The translations under genes and the position numbers were made by a program. Positions 35,809 to 45,471 of a stretch of DNA of 64,000 nucleotides are shown piece by piece. Below the pieces are notes generated by a model. That model was not told the DNA's origin. It made no database searches and saw only the letters and a program-made list of their open reading frames with translations. Each line of letters begins with the position of its first letter. Positions within the stretch are counted from its first letter, which is position 1. Source of the DNA: a bacterium (GTDB lineage: Bacteria > UBA8248); NCBI GenBank assembly GCA_965199855.1, contig OZ241326.1:2211908-2275907 (forward strand), read 5' to 3'.

Positions 35809-36933
35809 CTAGTTCAGCGATTTTCTGGTGATGACGAAATCCCGAAGCACGTTGGAGGGGTTTTTGGGCAGGGCGACGTTCGCGCCGTTCAGCGATACCC
35901 GCGCTCCCGCGATGTTTCCCAGGGTGAGGGTGAATTTCCCGGACGCCCTCCAGCTCTTCTCCTCGCCCGCCAGCAAAAGGAATTCTTCCACGCCTTCCGC
36001 GTCGGCGATGATCCGCACCCACGTATCCCCGAGGGCGAAAATCCTCAGCGTGAGCGGAAAAGCGGCGGTCTCCGGGGTTCGACGCTCCCGCGGCGCGCCG
36101 GCAGCGGGAGGGTTCTCCCGCGTCGGGGGATTCCCGCCGGCCGGCGCGCTCGCCGCCGGGGGAGCGTCTTGAGCGGCAGGCGTCTTCTCCGCCGGGGCCC
36201 GCTCCGCGGGCGGAGAATTTCCCGGCGGGGCGCTTTCCCCGCCCGAAGCGTCCTCCCGCGCCCGCGGAGGCGCGCCGGGCGACGGGTTCTCCTTCTCCTC
36301 ACCAGGGGACGCCTGCGGCGCGGCCGGGAGGGAGGAGCGAGCCCGCTCCGGCGCCTGCTCCTTCACCACGGAGGCGGTCGCCTCCCGCTCCCGCGCGTCC
36401 CGGCCGCCGTCCGCCTTCGTCATCAAGGGGGGAGCGTTGGCGGCGGGCGTGAGCGCGGCCCTGATTCTGGCGGGGAGCGACCCGACGAAAGCGAGCGGGT
36501 TCGTCTCTCCCTTCACGAGCCAGAGAGCCCCGCCGCCGGCGAGAAGAAAAAGCAGCACGGGCAGGGCGGCCGCCACGAATTTGACGCGCTGCTGCCGGCG
36601 GGAAGGACTGAAGCGGGCCTGGAGGTCGGAATCCGCCCCCGGCCGGTTCAACGCGGGGCCGAGCCCGATTTCCCGCCTGAAGGCGGCGGCCGCGGCGTCG
36701 GCGTCCACGCCAATCTCCTCCGCGAAGGCGCGAACGAACCCCACGCCGACCGGGCCCCTCGGCAGTCGGTCGAAAGACCCGCTTTCGATGCCTTCGAGAT
36801 AATACGATCGGATTCGCGTCCGGTCGGATATGACGCGAAGGGACAGCGCCTTCTCCTCGCGGGCGCTCCGCAGGAAAGGCCCTATCCCCTCCTCTTCCAT
36901 CCGCGCCATGATTTCCGGGTCGGTTTCCGCCAT
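35809..36933 (-). CDS. rodZ: Cytoskeleton protein RodZ-like (HTH_XRE + TM + Pro-rich linker + DUF4115)
   Basis: N-terminal HTH (LSLRVISDRTRIRSYYLEGIE), one TM segment (VAAALPVLLFLLAGGGALWLV), a proline/alanine-rich linker, and a C-terminal beta domain. The ATG at 36931-36933 has a GAGGGG SD. Confidence 0.7.
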   Translation of the reverse strand: MAETDPEIMARMEEEGIGPFLRSAREEKALSLRVISDRTRIRSYYLEGIESGSFDRLPRGPVGVGFVRAFAEEIGVDADAAAAAFRREIGLGPALNRPGADSDLQARFSPSRRQQRVKFVAAALPVLLFLLAGGGALWLVKGETNPLAFVGSLPARIRAALTPAANAPPLMTKADGGRDAREREATASVVKEQAPERARSSLPAAPQASPGEEKENPSPGAPPRAREDASGGESAPPGNSPPAERAPAEKTPAAQDAPPAASAPAGGNPPTRENPPAAGAPRERRTPETAAFPLTLRIFALGDTWVRIIADAEGVEEFLLLAGEEKSWRASGKFTLTLGNIAGARVSLNGANVALPKNPSNVLRDFVITRKSLN

Positions 36934-37081
36934 CACCCGTCCCCTCTTCTCGAAGCCCAACGAAACAAGTCGGGGCCGGAAGGAGCAGTATACGCGCAAG
37001 GAGGCCGAAAGTCAACGCTCGGGAGGCGCCGCCCCTTCGCGTCGGGGAGAATCCCCCCCGCGCGGCGCGCGAAGCGGCGGC

Positions 37082-37951
37082 TCAGGGAAGGATGGAGAGA
37101 ATCGCGGGCGTCACGTCGCGGATGCTGGGGTTCGCCGCGTCCGCGAGCAGGACGTCGGCGTGTTTGCCGTAGAGCAGTATCGGGACGGGGTTTTTCGTGT
37201 GGGAGGAGGTCGAGGCGTCCTCCACGTTTCCGTGATCGCTGCTCAGGACGAACGTATCCTCCCCCGCGTCGAGCCGCCGCAGCGCGGCGCGCAAAAACCC
37301 GTTCAAATCCCTTAAAACCTCGAAGGCGTCGTCCGCGCCTCCGCGGTGGCCGACGTGGTCGGTGTGAAAAAACTCGTAGATCAGCAAATCCCTTCTCTTC
37401 GCCAGTTTTCCGAGGCGATCGCCCGCCTCCGCGGCGTCGAGCCCCGCCACCTCGTGGCCCTGCTCCGCCGCGATCCCGTTCGTGTAGTCCCGATAGACGG
37501 CCTCTCCCCGCGCGAGATCCTCCAGGCGGTTCAGGGGGATTCCCGCGCTTTCGGCCATCACCGTGGTCACGGAGCGTCTGCGGGCGCGCCCGCGCGCGAA
37601 GAAAGGGGGCGTATAGGCGTTGGCGAACCCGACGAGCGCGCCCCGCTCCCGCGCGCGCCTGAGCAGGCCGCTTCGGCAGACGAGGCGGCGCAGGCGCTCG
37701 TTCGGCAGCCCCTGGCGGTGGCCGCCCTCCAGTTCGGGCGCGTTCGCGCCCGTGAACAGCGCGGCGCCTCCCGTCGCGCTCTGGGGAACGCCCCCGACGC
37801 CGAGGCGGGCGTCCGCCTCGATGAGCCTGAAGCCGGGCGCCCGCCCGCCGCGCAAAAGCGCCAGCGGCGGCTCCTCCAGCCCCGAGAGGGGATTGTCCGG
37901 CCCCGGCGGGGCGACGCCCAGGCCGTCCACGAACACGAAAAGAACGGCCAT
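37082..37951 (-). CDS. Alkaline-phosphatase-superfamily metalloenzyme (cofactor-independent phosphoglycerate mutase/phosphopentomutase-like)
   Basis: 289 aa; metal-binding motifs VFVDGLG, HTDHVGH and SSDHGN. Confidence 0.5.
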   Translation of the reverse strand: MAVLFVFVDGLGVAPPGPDNPLSGLEEPPLALLRGGRAPGFRLIEADARLGVGGVPQSATGGAALFTGANAPELEGGHRQGLPNERLRRLVCRSGLLRRARERGALVGFANAYTPPFFARGRARRRSVTTVMAESAGIPLNRLEDLARGEAVYRDYTNGIAAEQGHEVAGLDAAEAGDRLGKLAKRRDLLIYEFFHTDHVGHRGGADDAFEVLRDLNGFLRAALRRLDAGEDTFVLSSDHGNVEDASTSSHTKNPVPILLYGKHADVLLADAANPSIRDVTPAILSILP

Positions 37952-37952
37952 G

Positions 37953-38973
37953 CTAGAGCGTTCGTCCGACGGCCTCTGCGAACGCCCGCAGCTCCCCGAG
38001 CAGGGCGGCGAACCGCTCGGGCTTGAGCGACTGCGGCCCGTCGCTCATCGCCTTTTCGGGCTCGGGGTGGAGTTCGAGCATCAGGCCGTCCGCCCCGACG
38101 GCCACGGCCGCCTTCGCCAGGGGCGCGACGAACCGCCAGGCACCCGCCGCGTGGCTCGGGTCCACCACCACCGGCAGGTGCGTCTGCTCCTTGAGCACCG
38201 GCACGGCGCTGATGTCCAGCGTGTTGCGCGTGGCCGTCTCGAAGGTTCGTATCCCCCGCTCGCACAGCACCACGTTCGGGTTTCCCTGGCTCATGACGTA
38301 TTCCGCCGACATCAGGAACTCCTCGATCGTCGTGGACATGCCGCGCTTGAGGAAGATGGTCTTGTTCGTCCGGCCGACCTTCTTCAGCAGGGAGAAGTTC
38401 TGCACGTTGCGCGCGCCGATCTGCAGGACGTCCGCGTAGGCGCAGCACGCCGCGATGTCCTCGGAGTCCATCACCTCCGTCTGGACGGGAAGCCCCGTCC
38501 TCTCGCGCGCCTCCGCGAGGAGCCTGAGGCCCTCCTCCGCCATGCCCTGGAAGCTGTAGGGCGAGGTGCGCGGCTTGTAGGCGCCGCCCCGCAGCACGTG
38601 GCCGCCGCCCGCCTTCACGGCCTCGGCGGACTTCAGTATCTGCTCCCGGTTCTCCACCGAGCACGGCCCGCCGATGACGACGATGCGCTCGCCGCCGATT
38701 TCCACCCCCTCGCCCATCGGCAGACGGCTGGGCTCGGACCTGCCCTCCGCGCTCGCCAGCTTGAAGGGCTTGAGAATGGGCGTCACGCTCTCCACGCCGT
38801 TCAGCGAGACGAGCGACTCCAGCATGTATTTTCCGCGCTCGTCCCCGATGGCGCCGATCACCGTGCGCTCCACCCCTTCCATGACGTGTTCCTTGTAGCC
38901 GAGTTCGTTGATGCTCCTGATGGCGTTTTTCACCTCATCCTTCGTCGCGCCGCGCTTCATCACGATAATCAAG
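37953..38973 (-). CDS. aroF: 3-deoxy-7-phosphoheptulonate (DAHP) synthase, class I-beta with N-terminal ferredoxin-like regulatory domain (Thermotoga type)
   Basis: (M)[25 protein letters not shown]...[10 protein letters not shown]...[11 protein letters not shown]. The TTG start at 38971-38973 is preceded by a GGAGG SD. It is colinear with the T. maritima DAHPS N-terminus MIVVLKPG. Confidence 0.8.
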
Positions 38974-39195
38974 CCGAACCTCCTTCCATCCGCGCGGAAC
39001 CCGCGCGCGTCTCCCCAAAAAAATCGCCGCGAGGCCGGAAGCCCACGGCGAACGTTCCTGCTCAGCGTCCGGTGGCGGGCGGCTCGTCCGCCCCCCGCCG
39101 CTCGGGTCTTACGAAACGGCGGGCGGACGGACGGTGATAAAGCCGAAAAAGAAGCGCCCGCCAATCGCCCGCATCGCGTCCGTCTCCCGGAAATT

Positions 39196-40566
39196 TCATC
39201 TTTCGCCGAAAAACAAGGGCTTACGATAATCCCGAAGGGAGGGAGCGTCAACCCCCGACGGCGGCGATTCCCGGATGGGCGGCGAGGGGGGCGATCCCCG
39301 GTCATCGCCCCGCGCCCGAGGAGCCGCCGGAAAAGAGACGGGTTCGGGAGAAAAGCCGCCCGCCCGCGCGTGAAAAAACGGTCGGACGCGCGAACCCCCG
39401 CGCGCTATTTCCTCGTTCTTCCCGCTCCGGCGGCTCCGCCCCGCCCGGGGCGGCCGGACGAGCCTGCCGCCCAGAACCACGTGCGCGGCCTCGAGCATCC
39501 GGCTCCCCGCGCGCCGCGCCCCCATGCAGTCCTCGAAGGAGAACCTGCCCTCCTTCATCCGGAACACGGCGACGTCGCCCCGGGCGCCCTTCTTGAGCGT
39601 CCCCACCTCGTCTTTCAGGCCAATCCACTCCGCCGCCGTCTGCGCGCTGAGCCGCACCACCTCGGAGAGGGGAAAGCCGAGCGCCAGAAACTTGCTCATC
39701 AGGGTCGGAAAGTCATACACCGGCCCATGAAGGCAGTGGGCATGGAGGTCGGTGCTCAGGTTGCCCGGCATGAGGCCCTGGGCCATGGCCCTCTCCAGAA
39801 TCTCGAAGCTGAAGCTCGAGCGCCCGTGGGCTACGTCGAGCAGGACGCCCGCATCCCGCGCCTCCCACACCGCGCGGCGCACCCGGCCCCGCCTGTCCAG
39901 AATGTTCTCGCGCCGGCCGTGAAACGCATGGGTGAGCACGTCGCCCGGGCGGAGTTTCCTGAGAATTCTCGAGAGGGGGACGGGCGTATCCCCCACGTGC
40001 GCCATGAGCGGAACCTTGAGGAACTCCGCCGCCTCGAGCGCCGCGTCCAGGGGCCTGGCGCCGCTGCCCTCCACCACGTTGCGGCTCAGGCGCACCTTCA
40101 TGCCGATGAGATGCTCGCGGTTCCTCTCGTAGCACTCCACCGCCCTGTCCACCCGAAGCGCGCGCATGTCGACGTTCTCGCCCAGGCCGTCGATGAGAAG
40201 CCCGCCCTCGGAGATGTTCAGATAGGCGCGAACCGTCGGCCGCGCCTTCTCCAGGAACCATTTCCGGAAGGCCGGATAGGTCTGCGCGCCGGCGCTGCCC
40301 GTGTCCACCGCCGTCGTCACCCCGCGCGCGAGCATCGCCGCCTCCAGGCTCACGCCGTAGTGGGTCACGCCCTCGTAGAAGTGGCAGTGGAGATCGACCA
40401 GGCCCGGTGTGACGATTTTCCCCGCGGCGTTCAGGGCGCGCCTCCCCGCGGGATCGATGCGGGGCGCCACCCTCCGCACGCGGCCGCCGGCGATTTCCAC
40501 GTCCATCGTCCCCTCCAGCCCCTGGGAGGGATCGATGACGTAGCCGCCGCGTATGACGATGTCCAT
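39196..40566 (-). CDS. Amidohydrolase-family metallohydrolase (dihydroorotase-like fold), with low-complexity C-terminal tail
   Basis: [16 protein letters not shown]...[10 protein letters not shown] (HxH metal site) and a later HAHC motif. The C-terminal roughly 80 aa are low-complexity, so the annotated end may be over-extended. Confidence 0.55.
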   Translation of the reverse strand: MDIVIRGGYVIDPSQGLEGTMDVEIAGGRVRRVAPRIDPAGRRALNAAGKIVTPGLVDLHCHFYEGVTHYGVSLEAAMLARGVTTAVDTGSAGAQTYPAFRKWFLEKARPTVRAYLNISEGGLLIDGLGENVDMRALRVDRAVECYERNREHLIGMKVRLSRNVVEGSGARPLDAALEAAEFLKVPLMAHVGDTPVPLSRILRKLRPGDVLTHAFHGRRENILDRRGRVRRAVWEARDAGVLLDVAHGRSSFSFEILERAMAQGLMPGNLSTDLHAHCLHGPVYDFPTLMSKFLALGFPLSEVVRLSAQTAAEWIGLKDEVGTLKKGARGDVAVFRMKEGRFSFEDCMGARRAGSRMLEAAHVVLGGRLVRPPRAGRSRRSGKNEEIARGGSRVRPFFHARAGGFSPEPVSFPAAPRARGDDRGSPPSPPIRESPPSGVDAPSLRDYRKPLFFGER

Positions 40567-40748
40567 CCCCGAAGCTCCCCGGAGAAGCGAGGCGCGCGCC
40601 GGAATCCCCGGCGAGGCCCGGCGCAATCCCGAATCGCCGGGACGCGGCGCCGCTCCGCCGGGCGCGTTGACACGCAATCGCCGCAGGGTGGATCATGGCG
40701 GGCGTCGAGCGCAACCATCATCCCAAACCAGCCTGCGGGAGCCGCGAG

Positions 40749-41921
40749 ATGAGCCTGCAAACCGAAGCCGCGCTTCAGTTCGACCTGGACGACACGCAAA
40801 AGATGCTTCGCCGGACGGTGCGGGAGCTCTCCGAGCGCCACATCGCCCCGCGCGCCGCCGAAATCGACGAGAACGAGGAATACCCCGAAGACATCTATCA
40901 GATGCAGAAGGAGCACGGCCTCCTCGGCATCTTCTTCCCCGAGGAATACGGCGGCGGCGGAATGGGCTTTCTGGGCGGCTGCGTCGCCATCGAGGAGATC
41001 GCGCGCTTCTGCTCGAACTCCCCGCTCTTCATCGTGCTCAACATGCTCTCGAGCCGCGTCATCGACCTGAGCGGCACGCCGGAGCAGAAGACGCATTATA
41101 TGACGGGCCTCGCCAGGGGCGAACTTCGGGGCTCCTACGCCCTCACGGAGCCCCACGCGGGCTCCGACGCCGGGAACATCCGCACGCGCGCCGTCCGGGA
41201 GGGCGAGGAGTGGGTCATCAACGGGACGAAATGCTTCTGCACGGGACCCGACAAGGCGGACTTCATCACCGTCGCCGCCAAGACCGACCCCGGCGCGGGC
41301 GCGCGGGGCATCACCTACTACGTCGTCCCCACGGACGCGCCCGGCTTCAGCATCGACAAGCACGAGCGCAAGATGGGGATGCGCGGCATCTCGACCTGCA
41401 TGCTGCGCTTCGACAGCGTGGCCGTGCCCCTCGAGAACCAGATCGGCGAGCTGAACCAGGGCTTCAGAACCGCGATGATCGGCTTCAACCAGATGCGGCC
41501 CGCCATCGGCGCGCGCGCGGTCGGCCTCGCCCAGGGGTGCCTCGACTACGCCGCGGGCTACGCGAAGGAGCGCGAGGCCTTCGGGAAGCCCATCGCCCGC
41601 CACCAGGCCGTCCAGTTCATGCTCGCCGACATGTTCATGGACATCGAGGCGTCGCGCCTGCTCGTCTATCGCGCCGCCTCGATGGTGGACGCCGGACAAA
41701 TCGGCAAGGAGAACGCCCGGTATTTCTCGACGGCCAAGACCTACGCGGCCGACATGGCGATGAAGTGCGCGATAGACGGCATCCAGGTGCTGGGCGGGGC
41801 GGGCTACATGAAGGATCACCCGCTCGAGCGCTTCATGCGCGACGCCAAGCAGATCCAGATCGTCGAGGGGACGAGCCAGATTCAGCGGATCATCATCGCC
41901 CGCAACCTGCTCGACCTCTAG
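40749..41921 (+). CDS. Acyl-CoA dehydrogenase (short/branched-chain type)
   Basis: 390 aa; the catalytic glutamate lies in IQIVEGTSQIQR. Confidence 0.85.
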   Translation: MSLQTEAALQFDLDDTQKMLRRTVRELSERHIAPRAAEIDENEEYPEDIYQMQKEHGLLGIFFPEEYGGGGMGFLGGCVAIEEIARFCSNSPLFIVLNMLSSRVIDLSGTPEQKTHYMTGLARGELRGSYALTEPHAGSDAGNIRTRAVREGEEWVINGTKCFCTGPDKADFITVAAKTDPGAGARGITYYVVPTDAPGFSIDKHERKMGMRGISTCMLRFDSVAVPLENQIGELNQGFRTAMIGFNQMRPAIGARAVGLAQGCLDYAAGYAKEREAFGKPIARHQAVQFMLADMFMDIEASRLLVYRAASMVDAGQIGKENARYFSTAKTYAADMAMKCAIDGIQVLGGAGYMKDHPLERFMRDAKQIQIVEGTSQIQRIIIARNLLDL

Positions 41922-41933
41922 GAGCGCGCGGAG

Positions 41934-43103
41934 GTGGGGCCGGGGGCGGAGCCGCCCGCCGCGTTCGGGCTGAGCCGGGCGCAGCGAGCGCTGGGAGAGA
42001 GGGTCTATGCGCTGAGCCGCCGCCGCGTCGCGCCCCGCGCCGCCGACATCGACGAAAGCGGGGAATACCCCGAGGATATTTTCCAGCTCCTGAAGTCCCG
42101 CGGCCTCCTCGGCCTCTACGTCCCCGAAGAATACGGCGGGGCGGGCCTCGGCGTCCTGGAGACGTGCGTCGCCATCGAGCAGATGGCGCGCTTCTGCTCG
42201 AACTCTCCCCTTTTCTTCTCCGTCCACCTGCTCGCCACCCGCGCCGTCGCCATAGGCGGAACCGGGGCGCAGAAGAGCGTCTGGCTCCGCGGCGTAGCCC
42301 GGGGCGAGCTGCGCCCCGCCTTCTCGCTCACCGAGCCGCACGCGGGCTCCGACGCCGCGAACATATCGGCGCGCGCGGCGCGGGAGGGGGACTCGTGGGT
42401 CATCAACGGCCAGAAGTGCTACTGCACCGGCGCGAGCGTCGCCGACTTCCTCACCGTGGCGGCGAAGACCGAGGCCGGGGCGGGGGCGCGCGGCGTCTCC
42501 TTCTTCATCGTTCCCAAGGGCGAATTCCGGGTGGGCCGCCGCGAGAGGAAGATGGGGATGCGGGGAATCCCCACCTGCGAGGTGTTTTTGGAGAACGCCC
42601 ACGTCCCCCTCGAAAACATCATCGGCGATCGGGCGACGGGCTTCAGAACCGCCATGCTCGGCTTCAACCAGGCGCGGCCCGCCATCGGCGCGCGCGCGGT
42701 CGGCCTCGCCCAGGGGTGCCTCGACCACGCCGCGGGCTACGCCAAGGAGCGCGAGGCCTTCGGGAAGCCCATCGCCCGCCATCAGGCCGTCCAGTTCATG
42801 CTCGCCGACATGTTCATGGACGTCGAGGCGTCGCGCCTGCTCGTTTACCGCGCCGCCTCGATGGTGGATAATGGGCGCTATCAAAAGGAGGACGCGCATT
42901 TCATCTGCGCCGCGAAGTGCTTCGCGTCCGACGCGGCCATGAAGGCGGCCGTGGACGCGGTTCAGACCCTGGGCGGGGCGGGCTATACGAGGGATCACCC
43001 GCTCGAGCGGTTTATGAGAGACGCCAAGCAGCTGCAAATCATCGAGGGGACGAACCAGATTCAGCGCATGGCGATCGCCCGGAATCTGCTGGGCCTGAAC
43101 TGA
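41934..43103 (+). CDS. Acyl-CoA dehydrogenase, tandem paralog
   Basis: 389 aa. The C-terminal half is almost identical to the upstream ACAD (QARPAIGARAVGLAQGCLD.AAGYAKEREAFGKPIARHQAVQFMLADMFMD). It retains EGT catalytic Glu (LQIIEGTNQIQR); GTG start. Confidence 0.85.
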   Translation: MGPGAEPPAAFGLSRAQRALGERVYALSRRRVAPRAADIDESGEYPEDIFQLLKSRGLLGLYVPEEYGGAGLGVLETCVAIEQMARFCSNSPLFFSVHLLATRAVAIGGTGAQKSVWLRGVARGELRPAFSLTEPHAGSDAANISARAAREGDSWVINGQKCYCTGASVADFLTVAAKTEAGAGARGVSFFIVPKGEFRVGRRERKMGMRGIPTCEVFLENAHVPLENIIGDRATGFRTAMLGFNQARPAIGARAVGLAQGCLDHAAGYAKEREAFGKPIARHQAVQFMLADMFMDVEASRLLVYRAASMVDNGRYQKEDAHFICAAKCFASDAAMKAAVDAVQTLGGAGYTRDHPLERFMRDAKQLQIIEGTNQIQRMAIARNLLGLN

Positions 43104-43133
43104 CGCCTCGCTTCCCGCCGCCGGAGGTTACGG

Positions 43134-43754
43134 ATGAGCCGGACCATTGAAATTCTCACGCCCACCTCGTTCGTCCGCGCGGGCGATCATCCCCTGGCGG
43201 CGCGGCCGGGAGAGCTCGGCGGACTCAGAATCGGCTTTTTCCACAACAACAAGCCGAACGCCGACGCCCTCCTGGAGCGCATCGAGGAGCTCCTCGCGCG
43301 GGAGGACGAAACCCTCCGCTTCGTCCGCTGGGGAAAGCCGAACCCGACGCTGCCGGAGGCGCGCCTCGGCGAGTTCATCAAGCAGGTGGACGCGGCCGTC
43401 TGCGCGGTGGGCGACTGAGGCAGCTGCACGTCGTGGAGTATCCACGACGCGGTGGAGATGGAGAAAGCGGGGATTCCGACGGCCACGTTCTGCTCCAGCG
43501 AATTCTCCGCCCTGGGCGCGAACGAGCGGGTCGCCCTGGGGATGCCGGGCCTTCCGATAGTCGTCGTGCCGCACCCCGTGGGGGGGATTCCGCCCGAACG
43601 GGCGCGCGCCCTGGGGGACGCGGCGCTGGACGAGGTTCGGCGCGTCCTCACGGAGGACGCGGAATCGCTGCGAAGGGAATACCGCGAGCGCGCCTACGCC
43701 CCGCCCCGCCGGACGGTGCGCCACAAGGCGCTTTTCGCCCGGGGGTCGGCGTGA
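43134..43754 (+). CDS. UGSC-family selenoprotein; in-frame TGA at 43416-43418 decoded as selenocysteine (merges track ORFs 43134-43418 and 43452-43754)
   Basis: Both track ORFs share one frame. The sequence across the stop reads AVCAVGD-U-GSCTSWSIHDAVEMEKAG, so TGA GGC AGC TGC spells the U-G-S-C motif. A stem-loop follows 10 nt after the UGA. Confidence 0.8.
43429..43449 (+). promoter_or_regulatory. Bacterial SECIS-like hairpin (cgucgugg-aguau-ccacgacg) 10 nt downstream of the UGA codon
   Basis: Perfect 8-bp stem with a 5-nt loop containing GU. The position matches SelB-dependent SECIS elements (established knowledge of bacterial Sec insertion). Confidence 0.65.
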
Positions 43755-43800
43755 GACGCCGGACGGACGGGAGCGCGCGCGGCGCAAGCGGGAGCGCGGC

Positions 43801-44892
43801 ATGAGCGATCCCTCCTCCGAAGCGCCTCCAGAAGCGGCGTCCCTCCCGAGCGAGCGGGTGAAGGTTCGGGACGCGCCCGAGGCGCTCGCGCGTCTCCTCG
43901 AGGCGAGGGGATGGGGCGACGGCCTGCCCGTCGTTCCCCCCACGCCCGGGCGCGTCGCCCGCATGGTGGAGGGGGCGGGGCTGGCCGCTGGGGAGGAAAT
44001 CGGCCGGATGCCGCCCCGCCAGGGAGTCGTCACGGTCGAGGCGCTCGCCGTCAACGCCGTGATGGCCGGATGCCTCCCGGCCTACATGCCCGTTCTCGTG
44101 GCGGCGGCGCGGGGGGCGCTCCAGCCGGAATTCTCGCTCCACGCGCTCCAGGCGACGACCCACCCGGTGGCGCCCCTGATCATCGTGAACGGCCCCGTCG
44201 CCGCGAGAATCGACATGAACGCGGCGTATGGATGCTTCGCCCCCGGAAACCGGGCGAACGCGACGATTGGCCGCGCGATGCGCCTGACGCTCCTGAACGT
44301 AGGCGGGGCGAGCCCGGGCGTTCTGGATCGCGCCACCCAGGGCTCGCCCGCGAAATACGCATTCTGCATCGCCGAGAACGAGGAGGAATCCCCCTGGGAG
44401 CCGCTGCACGTCGAGCGCGGCTTCGCGCCCGGGGAGAGCGCCGTCACGGTCGTGGGCTGCGAGGGGCCCCACAACGTCAACGATCACGTGAGCCACGCGG
44501 CGGAGGGCATTCTCGCCGCCGCCGCCGACACGATGTCCGTCATGGGCGGCAACAACTTCTATCTGAGGGGCGAGCCGCTCCTCGCGCTCGGCCCCGAGCA
44601 CGCGGCGACGATAGCGGGGGACGGGCTGTCGAAGGCGGACGTGAAGCGAAGGATTTTCGAGCTCGCCCGAAAGCCCGCGCGCCAGCTCCGGCGCGGCGCC
44701 ATGTGGGGGATGCAGACCTGGGGGGAGGAGATAGCGAGAAACGAGGGAGATGACGACTACGAGATTCCGCTTCTGGATCGGCCCGAAGACCTCATCGTCA
44801 TCGTGGCGGGCGGCGCCGGCAAGCACTCCTCCTACCTGCCGACGTTCGGCCCCACGCGCTCGGTGACCACCCGGGTCGATTCGCCGGCCTGA
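43801..44892 (+). CDS. Hypothetical protein (363 aa), unrecognised family, immediately downstream of the selenoprotein gene
   Basis: Clean 363-aa ORF MSDPSSEAPPEAASLPSERVKV...TVEALAVNAVMAGCLPAYMP...; GC-typical codon usage; no family recognised by eye. Confidence 0.5.
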   Translation: MSDPSSEAPPEAASLPSERVKVRDAPEALARLLEARGWGDGLPVVPPTPGRVARMVEGAGLAAGEEIGRMPPRQGVVTVEALAVNAVMAGCLPAYMPVLVAAARGALQPEFSLHALQATTHPVAPLIIVNGPVAARIDMNAAYGCFAPGNRANATIGRAMRLTLLNVGGASPGVLDRATQGSPAKYAFCIAENEEESPWEPLHVERGFAPGESAVTVVGCEGPHNVNDHVSHAAEGILAAAADTMSVMGGNNFYLRGEPLLALGPEHAATIAGDGLSKADVKRRIFELARKPARQLRRGAMWGMQTWGEEIARNEGDDDYEIPLLDRPEDLIVIVAGGAGKHSSYLPTFGPTRSVTTRVDSPA

Positions 44893-45006
44893 GCGAAAGC
44901 GGGAAAACGAGGCTTCGTCCCCGCCGGGAGCGCCCCCCCTCTCGCCCGGCTTCACGGATTCCCCAAAATCCCGCTCCGCGCGCGGCCCGCGAATTGCGTC
45001 TTCGCG

Positions 45007-45036
45007 TTGCCCGCGGCTTCGCCTCCGTGCTAGATT
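45007..45036 (+). promoter_or_regulatory. Candidate sigma70-type promoter (TTGCCC-N18-TAGATT) upstream of ridA and the co-directional maturation-gene string
   Basis: Seen in sequence 35-65 bp upstream of the ridA ATG. The ridA RBS is GAGGGAG. This is a weak match. Confidence 0.25.
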
Positions 45037-45069
45037 CCCGCTTCCGTAGAGCCTCAGAGGGAGAAAGCC

Positions 45070-45471
45070 ATGCCGAAGCAGCAGATCGACTCGGAGAAGG
45101 TGAGGCCGGTGGCCGCGTATTCCACGGGCTGGAAGGTGTCGAACGGGCATCTCGTCATGCTGGCGGGCCAGGTGGCGACCGACACGGAGGGCCGCACCGT
45201 CGGCGGAGACGACATCAAGGCCCAGGCGCGGCAGGTCTATGAGAACGTCAAGGCCGCGCTCGAGGCCGCCGGCGCCGGAATGGAGGACGTCATCCGCCTC
45301 ACCGTCTATCTCACGGATCGGGCGAATTTTCCGGGAAGCGCGGAGGTGCGGCAAGCCTACTTCAGCCCGCCCTATCCGGCGAGCACGCTCCTCATCGTGA
45401 GCGGACTGGCGAACCCGGAATGGCTCATCGAAATCGACGCCGTCGCCTTCGTGGAGGACGGGACGCCGTGA
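45070..45471 (+). CDS. ridA: RidA family protein (YjgF/reactive enamine-imine deaminase)
   Basis: 133 aa; YSTGWKVSNGHLVMLAGQVA...RLTVYLTD. Confidence 0.8.
   Translation: MPKQQIDSEKVRPVAAYSTGWKVSNGHLVMLAGQVATDTEGRTVGGDDIKAQARQVYENVKAALEAAGAGMEDVIRLTVYLTDRANFPGSAEVRQAYFSPPYPASTLLIVSGLANPEWLIEIDAVAFVEDGTP

Noticed and set aside
43134-43754. Treating 43134-43418 and 43452-43754 as two small independent genes
   Set aside because: They share a frame and have no RBS or start context for the second. The UGA completes a known UGSC motif, and a SECIS-like hairpin follows.
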